From assembly GCA_028534125.1 (NCBI GenBank), contig CM052816.1, positions 6,264,001 to 6,328,000 on the forward strand: a stretch of DNA of 64,000 nucleotides. Direction: 5' to 3'. The notes beneath the pieces are model-generated. The model did no database searches. It saw nothing but the letters and a program-made list of their open reading frames with translations, and was not told the DNA's origin. Made by a program: the position numbers and the translations under genes. Below are positions 24,594 through 37,994 of this stretch, piece by piece. The stretch comes from Lama glama (Eukaryota). Position 1 is the first letter of the stretch. The number at the start of each line of letters is the position of its first letter.

Positions 24594-26640
24594 TGAAATC
24601 CCAGTATCACCTTTTTAAATAAAGGAAACCACCAGATAGCCAAGTTACCTGCAGATCTAACTGCTTCCTGTGTGAGAAGAAGAATAAAGGGAGCTCTTTT
24701 TCATCTTTTCTTCAAAACCTGAAATACACGCCATGCTGGGTTTTATGAGTTTGACAGCTTCCCAACTTAAACTCTATACTTCCTTTGATAGCTGACTCAC
24801 TATAGTCAAAAAGAAAGAAGGAAACAAAAATGCAATGCTATGCAAATTTGGGAGGAGGGGGCATTTTAGCAGCTTTCAATCTATTTGACTAAATGTAATA
24901 TAAAATTTCCTTGTGTCAAATACAGCCCAGTGAATACTAAACAATATTGTCACAAAGCAGAGAAAAGCAGGTTAAGCCAGTATAAAGAGTCTGTGTAGAT
25001 TGACAGGCCTCGGAATTAGAATTCAAATATTGAGAAGCAATAAAGCACACATTTCCAGGTCATGATGACTCTGAAGGGGTTTACGATGTAGCAAACTGAA
25101 ATATTAGTCAGGAAATGAATGCACACACAATATAGCATCATTTGTTTTCAGCACAACATTTGTCAAGCTTCCACCTGGAGACCAACAGAATAAAATAGAG
25201 TCCTTTTCAAGAATGAGGATTGCACACAGAGCCCTGGTAGATTTATGCTAATACAAGGCAGGTAATTTCTGCAGTGCCCTAGACGTAATTACCTAGTAAC
25301 CAAAGGACACGGGGTGAGCGTTCACAAGACTTGAGTTTGAGACTTGGCTTCACTACTTCGAAGCTTTGTGACCTGAGGTCATGTCAATTTTCTGATGCTG
25401 AGTTTTCTTTTGTTAATGTGGAAGTAAATTTTTATTATTGATCTGTCTAACAGTAAATATACTATGGATATTTTGACTGTGTGGGGAGATCCTGAATTAT
25501 TGATGTTACTGAGAAACTACTTAAGACGGAGCAGGGAGAGGAAAAATCCTCTGAAGTAACTAGTCTTTCCACCTCCCTTGTTATTAGTAAACTGGATTGC
25601 CTTTTGGTTGGTTGATTAGAAAATGATAATCTACCCTCCTGGTGAGTGAAAACAGCCTAGAGGCAAACTCATATACAAACATACATACATATATGTATGT
25701 ACACACATACACGTGCATGTATACAAATGCATACACACCAGCTCAACCAGCTGAGCCCTGCTTTTACCCACAGATACATACACACACAGATATTTCTTCC
25801 TCTGTGGTGTTGCCTCGTAAAGATTTTCAACAATTGACTCTGTTGCCAACTAATATCATATAAATACACAAACTCCTGGCTTCATAGAAAAATCACATCT
25901 TTCTAAATGGCATCTATAGGCAGAAGTTGTATACCTTTAGTGATGGGTCACAGACTTTCCAGTTCACCATAGTCCTAGGACTCACTGTGTGTTTAACTTT
26001 GCCTAATTGACCTCTGGAAATACTTGAGTTTTCTGTCCTTGAGTTAGAGTATGATTTGACAAAGGGCAAGATGGAACCAGTTGGACCTTCTCTCTTGACA
26101 ATGTTAATTGGTCCAGCTAAGTCATGTTTGAAATGTATGAAGCTTTTGCAGGATGGGCCATTCAAGAGTATAGGTTTGAGTGAGACCATCATTTCACTCT
26201 GAACAACACACACATACACAATTTTTAAAATAATAAAAGATAATTGGAAACGGTCAAGAAAGATGGTTCACCATTGAAAGAGCATCATCTCTGTAGTGTT
26301 TTATATCAAGGGATGTAGTTTGTTTAAACTTCCTTGAAATGGCATAGATTTGCCTAGGGCCATTCATGACCTGCTGTATCCTCTCCCTTGTTGAGATGAA
26401 AGATGGAATCTTCTATAGTGTTTTTTATTAATGACCTTGACCAACCAAGCCTTGCTTTTAGGCTTTGACTCAAAGAGTCTCTTCCAAAGTAGTGAGTTAA
26501 TATTTATGTAAAGCAGAATTTTACGTCAAACGTTATCTAGAAAATTAAATGTCTAAGCAGTATAATATATATAATCCATTTTCAACTAAAAGTGAGTTTA
26601 TTCTAAAACAAAAATGCTGCATACTTAGCATCATTGAAAG

Positions 26641-26852
26641 CAGTGGTTCTCAATGGGAGGCAGTTTCACGCCCCCAGGAAATATTTGGTATTGTCTGAAG
26701 ATATTTTTGATGGTGAAGGCTGGGAGGTGCTACTACATCTATTTGGCAGATACCAAGGGTGCTGCTAAACACCCTGTAATGCACAGGAAAGCCCCCCATT
26801 ACACAGACTTAGACAGCGCAAAATGAAAATAGAGCTGGAGTGGAGAAACTCT
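26641..26852 (+). mobile_element. MER20 hAT-Charlie, near full length
   Basis: cagtggttctcaa...gctgctaaacaccctgtaatgcacagga...ggagaaactct. Confidence 0.9.
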
Positions 26853-27049
26853 TTTTAAAGAACATATCCTTTGCAGAAGCTTTCTTAAATTTAAGAAAAG
26901 TTCAGACCAGGGAATTTAGCACAAATTTGCATTTCTGGCTAAGGGTGACATATAATCTACGTACTGCACAGCACTCCCTATCTCACTTCCAAGTTCTTTT
27001 ATAATTGAGGTTAATTTGTATTGTATCAGTCTAGTTGTTGCTTCTTGGC

Positions 27050-27475
27050 ATGTTTAGGTCTGATCTGTTCTGAGTTACTTTTTGTGTGTGGTGTGAAGTA
27101 GGGATTCATCCTTACTCTTCTGCATGTGGATATCCTTTTGTCCCAGAAACACTTGTTGGAAAGACTCTTCTTTGCCTCACTGAATTGTCTTGGCAACGTT
27201 GCTGAAAATGAAATGACTGTAAATTTGAGTGTTTATAGCTAGAGTCTCAGTTCTGTTCCATTGATCTATATGTCTGTCCTTACATCAGTATCAGACTCTT
27301 GATTATACTATATATAATACATATATATGCCTTGATTATATTGTAGCTTTGTAGTAAGCTATAAAATGGGGGTTGTGAGTCATCCAACCTCTTCTTTTTC
27401 AAGATTCTTTTGGCCATCTGTGTCCCTTGAATTTCCATGTGAGTTTTTCAATAAGCTTGTCAATTTCTGCAAAAA
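27050..27475 (-). mobile_element. L1MB-type ORF2-region fragment
   Basis: gcatgtggatatcc...ctgttccattgatctatatgtctgtcc...ttgtcaatttctgcaaaaa. Confidence 0.85.
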
Positions 27476-27949
27476 GTGTGTGTTGTTTTAAGCCAATACG
27501 TTTTAGGGTTCTTTATTACGCAGCAGTAGATAACTGCTGTATAGCTAATCCAGGGCTGTTAAGGTACAATTCTCTTTATATATTGAAAAAGTCACTCATC
27601 CAAGTAAGTAAGTAAATGTGGTCTGCAAGATGTAACGGCAGAGGCTGCAGTGGGAGTAGGAGATGGCTTTTGGTCTTCTGTCTCTTGTTTTACATTTCTG
27701 TCTTTTTTTTAAAAAAATTCTAGAACAGTTGGTGTAGTGAACACGTAGCCCAGATGTAAATGAATTCCAGACTTTTATTTGTACATTTAAATCCTGGGTC
27801 AGAGGGCTTGGACAAGGATATTCCTGAGCATCGCTGGTAATATTTGAATTGTTTTACAGGTCACTGAGGGCTCAGGAAGTGATCACTCTGTTTTAAAGCC
27901 TTGTCTGTTTCCAGACATGTTCTAATAAAGAAATTTGCTTAATCATTCT

Positions 27950-28205
27950 GGGAGATAGAATATGCATGTTAAAAATGCAGGCTCTGGAGTCAGAGCTGGA
28001 AATTGAATTCAACCCTGTTTATCATGTATAAGATGTCTGATTTTGACCATTGCATAGCCTCTCTAAATCCCAGCTTCCTTCTCGGTGAGTAGGAGGTACT
28101 CATGTTACAAACCTCAGATATTTATGAAGACTGAGCCAGATAGTACCCGTAAGCATATAGCACATGCCTGGTCTATAAATAGTAGCAGGTAGTCCTATTA
28201 ATAAT
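27950..28205 (+). mobile_element. MIR SINE
   Basis: gcaggctctggagtcaga...agcacatgcctgg. Confidence 0.75.
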
Positions 28206-30041
28206 AACTTTCACACCCAAACTGAGTTAAGCCTGTTTGATTGAAAACCAAGATGGAGTTAGCGGATCTTGTGAAAGAAGGAAATGTGGAAGTGATTTGC
28301 AGAACCAAAAGGCTCCTTTAAACAGGGGCTCCACTTGGAATACCGATGCTGTACGATACCATATTGTAGGAGCACTTAACTCTTGGCTAGGCTCTGTCTC
28401 CAACCACATGGTACAGTGAGGTCACTTCCCATTCTCTAGACATCTTTATATTCTGAGGGCGTAATGTCATGGCCTAAAGCAGCCATATCTTAAAGCCCTT
28501 TCTAGTTCTTGGGTGCTGCAATAAAACCTTCCTGTTAGGACATGGGGGGCAGGAGAGAGAACCAGAAGGCTGAAGTGTGGGGAGGTCCTGCTTGCTGAAG
28601 ATCAGTCAGAAGCGCAAAGTGTGCTGTGAATTCTAACGGAAGTCATCTTGTTTTTGTGCACACACTGATTTTATAAAAGGAGGCATGCTGTGATGTTGTC
28701 TCATTACCTGCCATGCACCTCAGAGGAAATATGTAACAAGGATCATTTTAATATGAAAAGACAGGTTGAGTAAATGAAGTGTTGACCATATAGTTTTCTC
28801 GTGACATGGCTGAAAGATTGATAAGCTTCTTAAGAGAAAAGGACGGAGACTCATAATCAGGGCTCTGCCGTCCCTGCCTTTCAGCATCTGGACATGCCTG
28901 TCCTTCTGTGTCTATTTGCAAAACATTGCTCGTTTGTGAGGCCAGGGACATACATGACAAATCAAAAGGGCTTGAAACAAGGAAGACGACCTGGAAGCAT
29001 TTCAGTGTCTGAAAACTGTGCAACAGGGCTCTTGGTTGTAGACTCAGACTGACTTTAGGAGGAAAAAGACATACATTAGTTAAGACAAAAAACAATGTAT
29101 TACTTTAAGTACAGCTGGAAGCAGGAGTTCAGTGATGTAAATGTTCTCAGGTCTTCCCCCCTCGTCCCCAATATATGATAGTTCTGCTTCCTCTGTTAGC
29201 TTCCTTCTCAGGCAGGCTCTCTCCATATAATGCATTTGCCTCAGCTGAGTACTCTGCTGTCACTGGACCAGTTTCCATGACTTGGTGTCTCCAAGCCCAG
29301 CCTCAGCCTTCCCTGAAGCTGGAGGTACAGGGGGATCCTACGCCTCCTCCCTCCACCTGAAAAGTGACAACATTTAAAAGTGGAGAAGACGGATTTTAGT
29401 AGCAGGAGATGTGAATGCTGGACAGCTAGAAACAGAGATTGACTGTAGAGGGGGTATGTGGAGCATGTTCTCTTCCTTTGGGTTTGGTTTGCTTTTAAGT
29501 TCGCTTTCATAAGCTTTTGTCTAGGAGCTGAAATTCCTTATAGAAGGTTGCATAGGGTGGGTGAGGTGAGAAACAAAACGTACCTCTGATCCCTAACCTT
29601 AAGGGTCTTCTTACCACCATACAGTGTTACCCCCAACCAGACAACCAGAGAAGTTAGGTTATTCGTTTTGAAAGAGTCCTGGTGATTTAGAGCTTGTGTA
29701 GGGAAGAGCGAGAGGCGTCATCAGAGGCCTGGGACACATCGTGTGTGAGGAATAATAAAGCCAACCGAAAGTATGTACTTGAAACCAGGGAGAACTGGGA
29801 GATCTGGGGAAGATGGAGATGGTGGGAAAAGATAACTGAAGGTCGCTGTTGGAAGGACACCCTAGAGCTTTATCATTCCTGACGGGTAAAATATAACAGA
29901 AAGACACATATGGTTTAACAAAAAGAACTTCTAGTGTGGAAGCATCCAGCAACAGTGGAATTTCTCAAGGACCAGTGAATGTTTAGCATGTAGATATTTT
30001 CAAGAAAGCCTAGGTGAACACTGATTAGGAATTCTATAGAA

Positions 30042-30548
30042 AGCGTTGTCCAAAAGAGGTATCGTGTAAGCCACGTATGTAAATGTACATTTTCTAGTGA
30101 CCGCCTGCAAAAAGTAAACAGGTGAAATTGATTTTAAGTATTTAACGCAGTACAGTCAGCTCTCTGTAACTGCCGATTCTGCACCGCAGTTTCTTGTTGA
30201 AGATCGGCAGTTGGTTGAATCTGTGGATGTGGGATCGGTGGATATAGATGGCAGCCAATTGGGGACTTGAGCAATAAGTGGATTTTGGTACCCTCCCCCC
30301 CAGAGATTTTGATATCCATGGATTTTGGTAACCCTCGTGAATTTTGGTATTTCTGCGGATAAGAGGGAAGACTGTGTATCCAAAATAATATTACATCTAT
30401 TGTTAATGAGTATAACAAAGTTTTGATGAGATCTTAAATTTTTGTTCATACCAAGTCTTCAAAATCCAGTGTGCTTTTTCCACTTAGAGCACATCTCCCT
30501 TTGGACTAGCTGTGTTTCATGTGTTTAATAGCCATGCCTGACTAGTGC
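30042..30548. mobile_element. MER33-like hAT-Charlie
   Basis: gcgttgtccaa...aaagtaaacaggtgaaatt...aagtcttcaaaatccagtgtg...ttggactagc. Confidence 0.8.
30153..30374. mobile_element. MER2-like Tigger MITE nested in MER33
   Basis: TA|cagtc...gactg termini; ttggttgaatctgtggatg; gggacttgagca. Confidence 0.8.
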
Positions 30549-31084
30549 AAAGTATGGTTATGAACGTCAATGGGGAGTGTGTGTATAACCTCTGAGATCC
30601 TTTTCAACTCTGAGTTTCTGAATCTGTGGGAGGAACAGCTGTGGTCAAATCATTCCCTACTTGAAAACCTTCAGTAGCTTCTCAGCACTTGAAAAGGAAT
30701 AAACTGAGCCCTCTGGTTCATGGTGAGCTGGACTGTAAGGTCTTTGAGGTAAAGGGCTGTGAATGCCACGTTCATCTTTGCTCCCTAGCATTAACCATCG
30801 TACTTAGTGGTCCTACAGAAAGTAGTAAGTGGTTTTTAGGATGGTTGGATGGTCTGGACTTTATCTTGCTCTCCGTTTTATCTCTTGATTCTCTCTTGAG
30901 TTAATCCTGTATTCTACACAAATGTACCTCCTGTTAATTACCCTCTTACTAATGAGAATGGTTCTCTTAACATCTTATTTGAAAGAGAGGAAGACATCAA
31001 CTTCTTGAGACTGGCAAACTTTGACACGTCGGTGAGAATCAAATTTCATTTACAGCAGGGACTGTGGTACTCCTGGGGTGCTGG

Positions 31085-31700
31085 GCGGTCCTGAGCCTTC
31101 TGCCCCTGTGAATGTTCTGCTTTCGGCTCTTGCTCACACCCAGCGTGTTGACCGAGCTAGGTTCACTATGAGAGGACCTCTCAGTTCACCTTGAAGCGGC
31201 TGTTTTGACTAGATGATCTCTCTAAATGTCTTATTCTCTTCCAGTTGTGCCGAGGTCAGAACCCTTGGCCAAGTGGAAGAGTGAGTTGGATTTCACATCT
31301 GGGGGGTTTAGATGTTATTGTAACTTCAACAGTCTGGACTGTATGATTTTAATTTGTCTCTTAACCTCCGTGGACCTCAGTTACTCTATTTTCAAGTGGA
31401 TTGTAATGATAGCTGTTGTAATCAAATTAAAATAATGGATACAACCAGCCTATAGTATCTTGACAGTAAATCACTGTGGTTGAATGCCAGCAGTAGTCAC
31501 ACTGCTTAGATTGGAATCTTTGCCCATCCTTTTTTTTTTTTTTTTTTTGGCTGAATGACTTAACAATGAGTTATTTAATCTCTGAGCCTCAGTTTTACCA
31601 TTTTTAAAGGAGGGATCATAGGTTTGTTGCAAGATTAACTATGGTACTGCATGAAAATAATTAGCATTTAAAAATACCTATTAAACGTTTGCTGTCTTTT
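31085..31700 (+). mobile_element. Cluster of MIR/MIR3 SINEs
   Basis: gactagatgatctct MIR3 tail; ctctgagcctcagtttt core. Confidence 0.6.
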
Positions 31701-32914
31701 GGTGCTAGTGGTGTAATCAGAAGACTCTGATTTAGGGCCAGTTCTTCTGGGCTTGGAGCCCTACCTTTAGAAAAAGAAGAAAATCTTCACATTCCTGCTG
31801 TTCTTACAGGGTTGTTGGGAGGATGACAAAAAAAATGATGGAGGTGAAAGGAATTTGTAAAACACAAAGTGCCATATTGCATGCATTGTAATAGCAGAGC
31901 AAACATCCTTGTGGTGTCTAAGCTGGACCCGTGTGCATACTAGACTTTGAGCTCCAGGAAGACGAGGGCTTTCTGTTGCGGCTCCATACTTTATCCCCCA
32001 GTGCCAAGCACTGGCCTGGGACAAAATCAGTCCTGGTGGAGTAAGCATGGAGCACTGTTGTCCATTTGTTGTTTGGCAGCCAAAGTGGCAATTTCTCTCA
32101 CTACTAGGAAAACATTCAGCGTCTCCTATTATTCTTTTCTCTGAGAGTGCAATCGCACCCTTGCAAGAGCTACCAAAATAGAAAATGAAATCGTTTGAGT
32201 AAAACACTTTCTACTTGATTAGAGACCTTTGTTTCAGATTAGCTGACATCCTATTAAAACTTTGGAGAGGGAACTATTTTAGAAGCCAGGTGGCATTATG
32301 CAGCCCTGTGTTTGCTTATCTTTTCACTTCCTCTCTTTTTCAGTGTCTAAACCTATTTGCATAATAACAGGTTCTTTGTTTTCCTGAAGTTCGGGTTTCT
32401 GACTCGGGTGCCATGTGAAGTCAAAATCCTGAGATTGTGATACCAAAATCATTTGTGTGGAAATGTCTTGATGACTCGGAGCAGATTTGGGCCCAGCCTG
32501 GCTCAGAGACCGTCTTGATGCTCATATTGTTGGTGATTCATTTTGTTTTTCATTTTCCTAATGGTCCCTGAGGACCTGGATCTCCATGGTGTTGGCTTTC
32601 TGATGGGTGTGTTTGGAAGAAAGAGAGAATGGATGTAAAGAAAATACATATGAGAACAAAGACATAACAAAACTCATAAGTGGGGTAAAAACAGTTTTGG
32701 GGGGTGGGGTAGGGGTAGGGACCAGATTTCATTGTTTTCCAGTTGATGCCCTCTACTTAGGAATAATTTAATTCCTGTTGTGGAAAGTGATACTGCAAGC
32801 CATTAACACAGGTCACTGTCATATCTGGAAGCTTCTTCAGGGGTCATCACATTAGCTCACTTGTTCGGACATTTCCTCAATAGCATTCCTGAATGAAGTT
32901 CATTGCCGTAGTCC

Positions 32915-33500
32915 ACAAACAGTATTTGCGTTCTCAGAATCCCACAGTGTCTTAGACATTGCACTGTGGGTTGAGGATACCACAGTGAACTAGAGACATG
33001 GTAAGGACCTTGGTACTTCTGGAGCCCACTAACTAGTAGGGCGGGCGGGCGTTACCCAGATCTTCCCGTGGAGACATATGCAGAGGTTTCATTGATCTTG
33101 TGATGGAAAGGCAGAGTGCAGGGTGCAACGGCAAAGAGGAAAGGATGTGCCTGGGTTACGTCGTGAGATCCAGGAAGGCTTTCCTGAAGGTCCGGATCTC
33201 CTGAAGCCACGTAAAGAATGGAGGGCAGACGCTTCTGTGAGGGGCGGGTGGGACTGTGTGAAATCCCTGGGACGGATGTGTGGCTCTGACCAGGAGGAGG
33301 TCGCCCTGTATGACTCCTCACAGCAGAGTCTGGTGAGGCTCTCACACAGGCAGGCGTGGGTTAGGTGGGGCCGAGTCCTGCAGACCATGGTGAGAACTTC
33401 GAGTCGTATCCCAAGTGCAGTGGGAGACCATGGCAGGGTGTTAGGCAGGGGGCGAACATCATCAGATTTGCTTCAAAAAGAACATCAGATGGAAAATCCC
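32915..33500 (-). mobile_element. L2 LINE fragment
   Basis: gaggataccacagtgaac...caggaaggctttcctga...atcagatttgcttc. Confidence 0.7.
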
Positions 33501-33939
33501 ATAGAGTGAGGTTCCTTCCTCACAGAAGCTCCGCCCCTTCTTGAGCAACTGTCCATGGTTAGAGAGTTAAGTGCGCCACACAATATAGTCACTCCGCAAG
33601 GTTCCCTCCACTGTGTCAGCTCTTTACTATGAAGCTACGTCTGAGTCGGGTCAGGGTAGCATCACGGACAGAGCCCAGCTCTGGAGATAGACATGCTTAG
33701 CCTCTGCCTCATTGTACCTGGGTGACTTGAAGCAAGTACCTCTGCTCTCCGAGTCTCAGTTTCCTCATTGGTAAAACAGGTTCTTGGGATGATTGAATAC
33801 AGCAGTGTGTCTGAGGCACGCATACCAGAGGCTCAGTAAATCTTGGCTGCTTGAATTAGGCTTGACCTGCAGGCTTAAAGAAATGATCCCGCACATCAGC
33901 CTCTTGACTGGTATGTAGCCAAGTATCCATCCGTTTCCT

Positions 33940-34411
33940 CAGAACAGAAGTATAAATTGCCAGGAGAAGCAGGAGGCTCTCTTCTCGCCTCTGCTCCCCG
34001 GCTCATTTGCATTGCCCCTCCCTCCACTCCCCCCCCACCCCGTGAACTAAGAGTGTCCAAATGAATCTCTGTTCTCTTTGCTCCTTGGGTGTGGTCACTT
34101 TTTTCTCCTCCCTTTCCTAGACATTCTCTCTGTCTGTCTGCCTCCTTCATTCCCTTCTTGTCCTCTGTCTTCCCTTCCTCTCCATTTTCTCTCTGTCTTT
34201 GCATGCGGAGGGAGAGGTCTGGCCCTCGCTGACGGTCCCGCCCACCTGTTGCTCAGCCGTGCACAGCAGAGGTGGAGTGGTACGTCATTCCGACATAAAA
34301 CCCCCTGGACAGTTCTTAAATGCATTTATCCTTTGCTTGATCCATACCATATCACACGATGGCTTCACTAAAACCGTAACAGATTTATTTTTCCCAGTTG
34401 TTTCACAACAG
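33940..34411 (+). promoter_or_regulatory. Candidate alternative promoter/first exon, or internal exon
   Basis: TATAAA at 33951, octamer ATTTGCAT at ~34005, C-rich boxes, ~100-nt pyrimidine tract, CpG cluster with half-CRE (CGTCA), donor CAG|GTAACA at 34411. Confidence 0.35.
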
Positions 34412-34795
34412 GTAACATACATTCTTGTTTTCTTGGAGAAAATAAATTTCATCCTTATGGGGCACTAAGCAGAATTTACTTAGCTGCTTGATTCCTCTTC
34501 TTTCTTGGGCTTGAATGTAAGTTCTCGCCGAGATTGTTGTTGTTGGTGTTCTTCACAAAACACTGCTAGATGTTATCAGTGCAGACATGAGTGAGAAAGA
34601 ATTCCTTAAGGAATTTACTTTTTAATGGAGAGAGACCGCTATCAAGTGTACAGTCACCAAAATGATTTTATTATAATTATGAGAATTGTTATGAAGAAAC
34701 ATAACGGATGAGTCTAACCTCGTTTTAGCAGTTCAGGAAGTCCCCATGTTGGGACTGACGCTCACTGTTGAATGTACATTACGAACAGGTATGAG

Positions 34796-35007
34796 GAGGG
34801 GAGAGTACAGCTCAGTGATGCCCGAGGTCCTGGGTTCAAGCCCCAGGACCTCTACTAAATAAATAAATAAGCCTAATTACTTACCCCCCCAAAAGAAAAA
34901 AGAATATGAAAACGAATATATGTATGTGTATGTATGACTGAAACATGCTGTACACCAGAAATTGACACATTATGAACTGACTATATACTTCAATTAAAAA
35001 AAAAAAA
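34796..35007 (+). mobile_element. Camelid tRNA-derived SINE fused to an L1 3' end, inserted in an antisense L2
   Basis: A box cagctcagtg and B box gggttcaagccc; L1 tail tgtacaccagaaattgacaca plus polyA; TSD gaacaggtatgag (34783-34795)/gaatgggtatgag (35008-35020). Confidence 0.9.
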
Positions 35008-37994
35008 GAATGGGTATGAGATCTGAAACTCAAAGGAATGATATGTTTAGTGACTCAAAGTGGGCAAGAACTAACTAAGCTTGCAGGAGTAAAAAAGTCT
35101 AGGTGTTTCTGGATTTGAAATATAATGATTTGAGGGGCAGGATGGGGAAGGCTGGACAGTGGTTTAGTAAGACTTTTCCTTTAAGGAGTGATGCCAGTGG
35201 TGAATTGGTGATGAGGGCTAGCCATCTAAGGGATTCTGAGAGGGCAAGTGAATATTAACATGAGAAATGGTTAGTTTGACAGCAGACCTTGTACTCTCCT
35301 TCCTGTTGGCCATGGAAGCGTGAGTAGGAAAGATTGCTGACTGGAGAATGAGAACGCTTATGTTTCTAGAGATTTCATACTGCTTCTTCGGAACCCAAGG
35401 AATCAAGAGCCCAAAAGCTGGTGAAAGAAAAATAATGTGTATTTCAAAATACAGGGATACACTGTACGAGCAGCTGGGGAGAAAGTTTGGGTTTCTATGG
35501 AAACCTCCTAAAATGTCTCCCTCAGGCAACAGAGCCAAGTTCCCAAATGCCAGAGAGAAGTGGAGCACGGGCTGAAGCAGTCTGACTGAGCTATCACACT
35601 GACTGCGGCCCTGGTGGCTGCAAGGAGAGGACTGTGAAATGGGTCCTGGATTTTTTACCCGACATGGCTGTCCTGCAGGTGGATGGGGAATGGGGGCTCG
35701 GGGAGTGACGTGAGATATTTTCGTGCAAGGTGCTAAGGCAAGGATGACCTCGATGGAATCACATTGCAAACAAAAATAAAAGGAAACGGGAACCTGATGT
35801 TACAGTTCAACCAGCCAGAAATGATGGTGAAATCAGAGGCACATGCTCAGAGCCCTCCCCTGTGTCCAAGCCCTGTGAGACAGGTGGCCGCCCACCCCTC
35901 CAGCACCACTAGGTGTAACCTACCCCCTCCCTCAGCTTTTTCATTCTCCCTGCTGTTCTTCAAAGACCCAGAATGAGTTCCTTCTTCCGTGTTTCAGCTT
36001 GGTTTCCTTTGCCTGTGTTGCTTCCCCCCTTAGGTCTGTGCATAGCTGGCTCCTCCTGTGCCAGGCCTTGCTGCTTCAAAGAACCCTCGACTCCTCTTTT
36101 CAAATACAAGTCTGTATCTTTCCTACTCCAGGGTGTGTCTCTCCTATTACCTGCTTATTTCATTTATACCAGTTGTTATGAGCTGCTTTTTCATTTTTTT
36201 TTATTATTTTTGGGTTTTTTGTTGGACTTTTTGTTGCAATTATTGTTGATCAGCTACTGCTCTTCAGAATGTAAGCCCCCTGAGAACAAAGGAAGCCAGC
36301 CTCCCTAAAAGCCCCGGGTCTCAGAATAAGTGTCCAGCAGAGAGAAGTTACTCAAAAAAGAATGAGTAGATGGTTGTTGTCTTCAAGAAGCTTGTGATGG
36401 AGTAATTGTGATGATGATGACACACACACACGATACTAGATAATCTCACACAGCTCTGGGTGATCAAGGGTCAATGAATCTACATGTCATGAGGGGAAAA
36501 TCTTGATGTCAAACATCCTCTGAAGCAGGCCTAAGGGTCCCAATTTTCTGGTTAAAGGAACAGAGTCAGAGAGGCTAAGCTTGTAAGTTGGATTTTCAAC
36601 TGCCACTGGTGTAATTCTTAATTCCAGGAAAACAGTTTTTTGGGTAGATTGAAATGTGTTGGAGCTGAAACTTGAGCCTTTCTGAGACAGGAAGAATTGG
36701 GGGGAGAATAGATAAAATGCTAGATCTGAGTGATCATGGAGTGGGAGCGTGGTCCATGGGGACTTTCTGTAGGGTTGGAGGCCTGAGTATGTGCGGGATT
36801 GGGTCAAAGAAGCAACAGAGTGTTCAGCATGTGGGTTGAATTCCCACATGCCCTTGGGTCTCCTGGCTCTGGAACTGGAGGCTCCCTAGAGTTAAAGACA
36901 GTGGTTGGGATCAGACATGGCTGTTGGCTGGGTAGGCTTGAGCTAGGCAACAGAAGATCCTTGAACTCCCAAAAAAGGAGTTTAGGTTTAATACAAAATA
37001 TTTCTAATATATTTATAGATTTTCCAACATGTTAGCCTTCCTTATATTTGTGTCTGTGGAATGCTTGGCAGTTGGCAGAGTCCATGGACGCCCATCTCCC
37101 TTTTAACACCCAGGTATTCTTATATCCACTTGGAGTAAGAGGCAGCTGAAGCTCTGCAGACTGTTGCCTGGCTGAAGCTACTTGCGGTGCTGGGTCTAGA
37201 ACCCGGGATCCGGACTCTTGGTGCTCTCTTACTTTCTTTAGGTGAACAGTTCTTGATGTTGAAAAGTTTTTTATGGCTAAAAAGTAAGGAGAAAGAATCA
37301 TGAATCCTTTTCATGAAACAGATGTAGACGTCAGCATTAATTTTTCAGAGCACGGGTACATTTTGCACGAAACAAAAACCGTTAAGCATTTTCTTCCTCC
37401 ACAACCATTTATGTTCTCCTGACTTCAATGCTTTTGTGAAAGTATTTTTAGAAGGAAGGAAAATATTTTGTTGTGTTTTCAATAAAAGATACCCAGCATT
37501 GACGTGAAATTTTTCTTCTTTTCATAAATTAAAGAGTCATTGTTTTTCCAGTGCTTATTTTTATGATATTGGCAGGTCATATACCCTCTGAGGCACCATT
37601 CCTGTCGATTGCCTTTCCTTTGTTCCTTCCCTCCCATCAATGGTATTAATAAAAACTTTCAGTCTACCTTTGGAATTTATTGTGGCCCCAGTGACATAGT
37701 GGGTGTGAAGAATACCGAGTAAACCAGGGAGCATTATATAGCGTTCTACAATCTTTCTTTTTATCATTAGATCATACTGTATTTTCTGCCTTTTCCTGGG
37801 ACTGTTCCCCAGTGCGTTTGGTCTCAGGTCCCTTTCCTGTCCTTTGGTCATAATTGAATTTGTCAATGTCCCTCTTGGTTGCTAGTTTTAGCAGCCATAC
37901 TTTACCACTTTACAGCGTTTAGAAGGAAAACCACAGATAGCCATCTCATTGGGTCCTGAGTGAGACAGCGCGAAGCCTGGGAAGGCTCGAGGCA

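Larger units (their letters stand above)
29770..30630 (+). mobile_element. L3/CR1 3' fragment interrupted by MER33
   Basis: aagaacttcta...caacagtggaat...ttcaagaaagcctaggtgaacactg; tail acctctgagatccttttcaactctgag after the insert. Confidence 0.55.

Noticed and set aside
24016..24643. 176-201 aa ORFs
   Set aside because: Artefacts of translating the 500-N gap
34796..34860. tRNA gene
   Set aside because: A/B boxes belong to a SINE head with an internal deletion, tail and TSD
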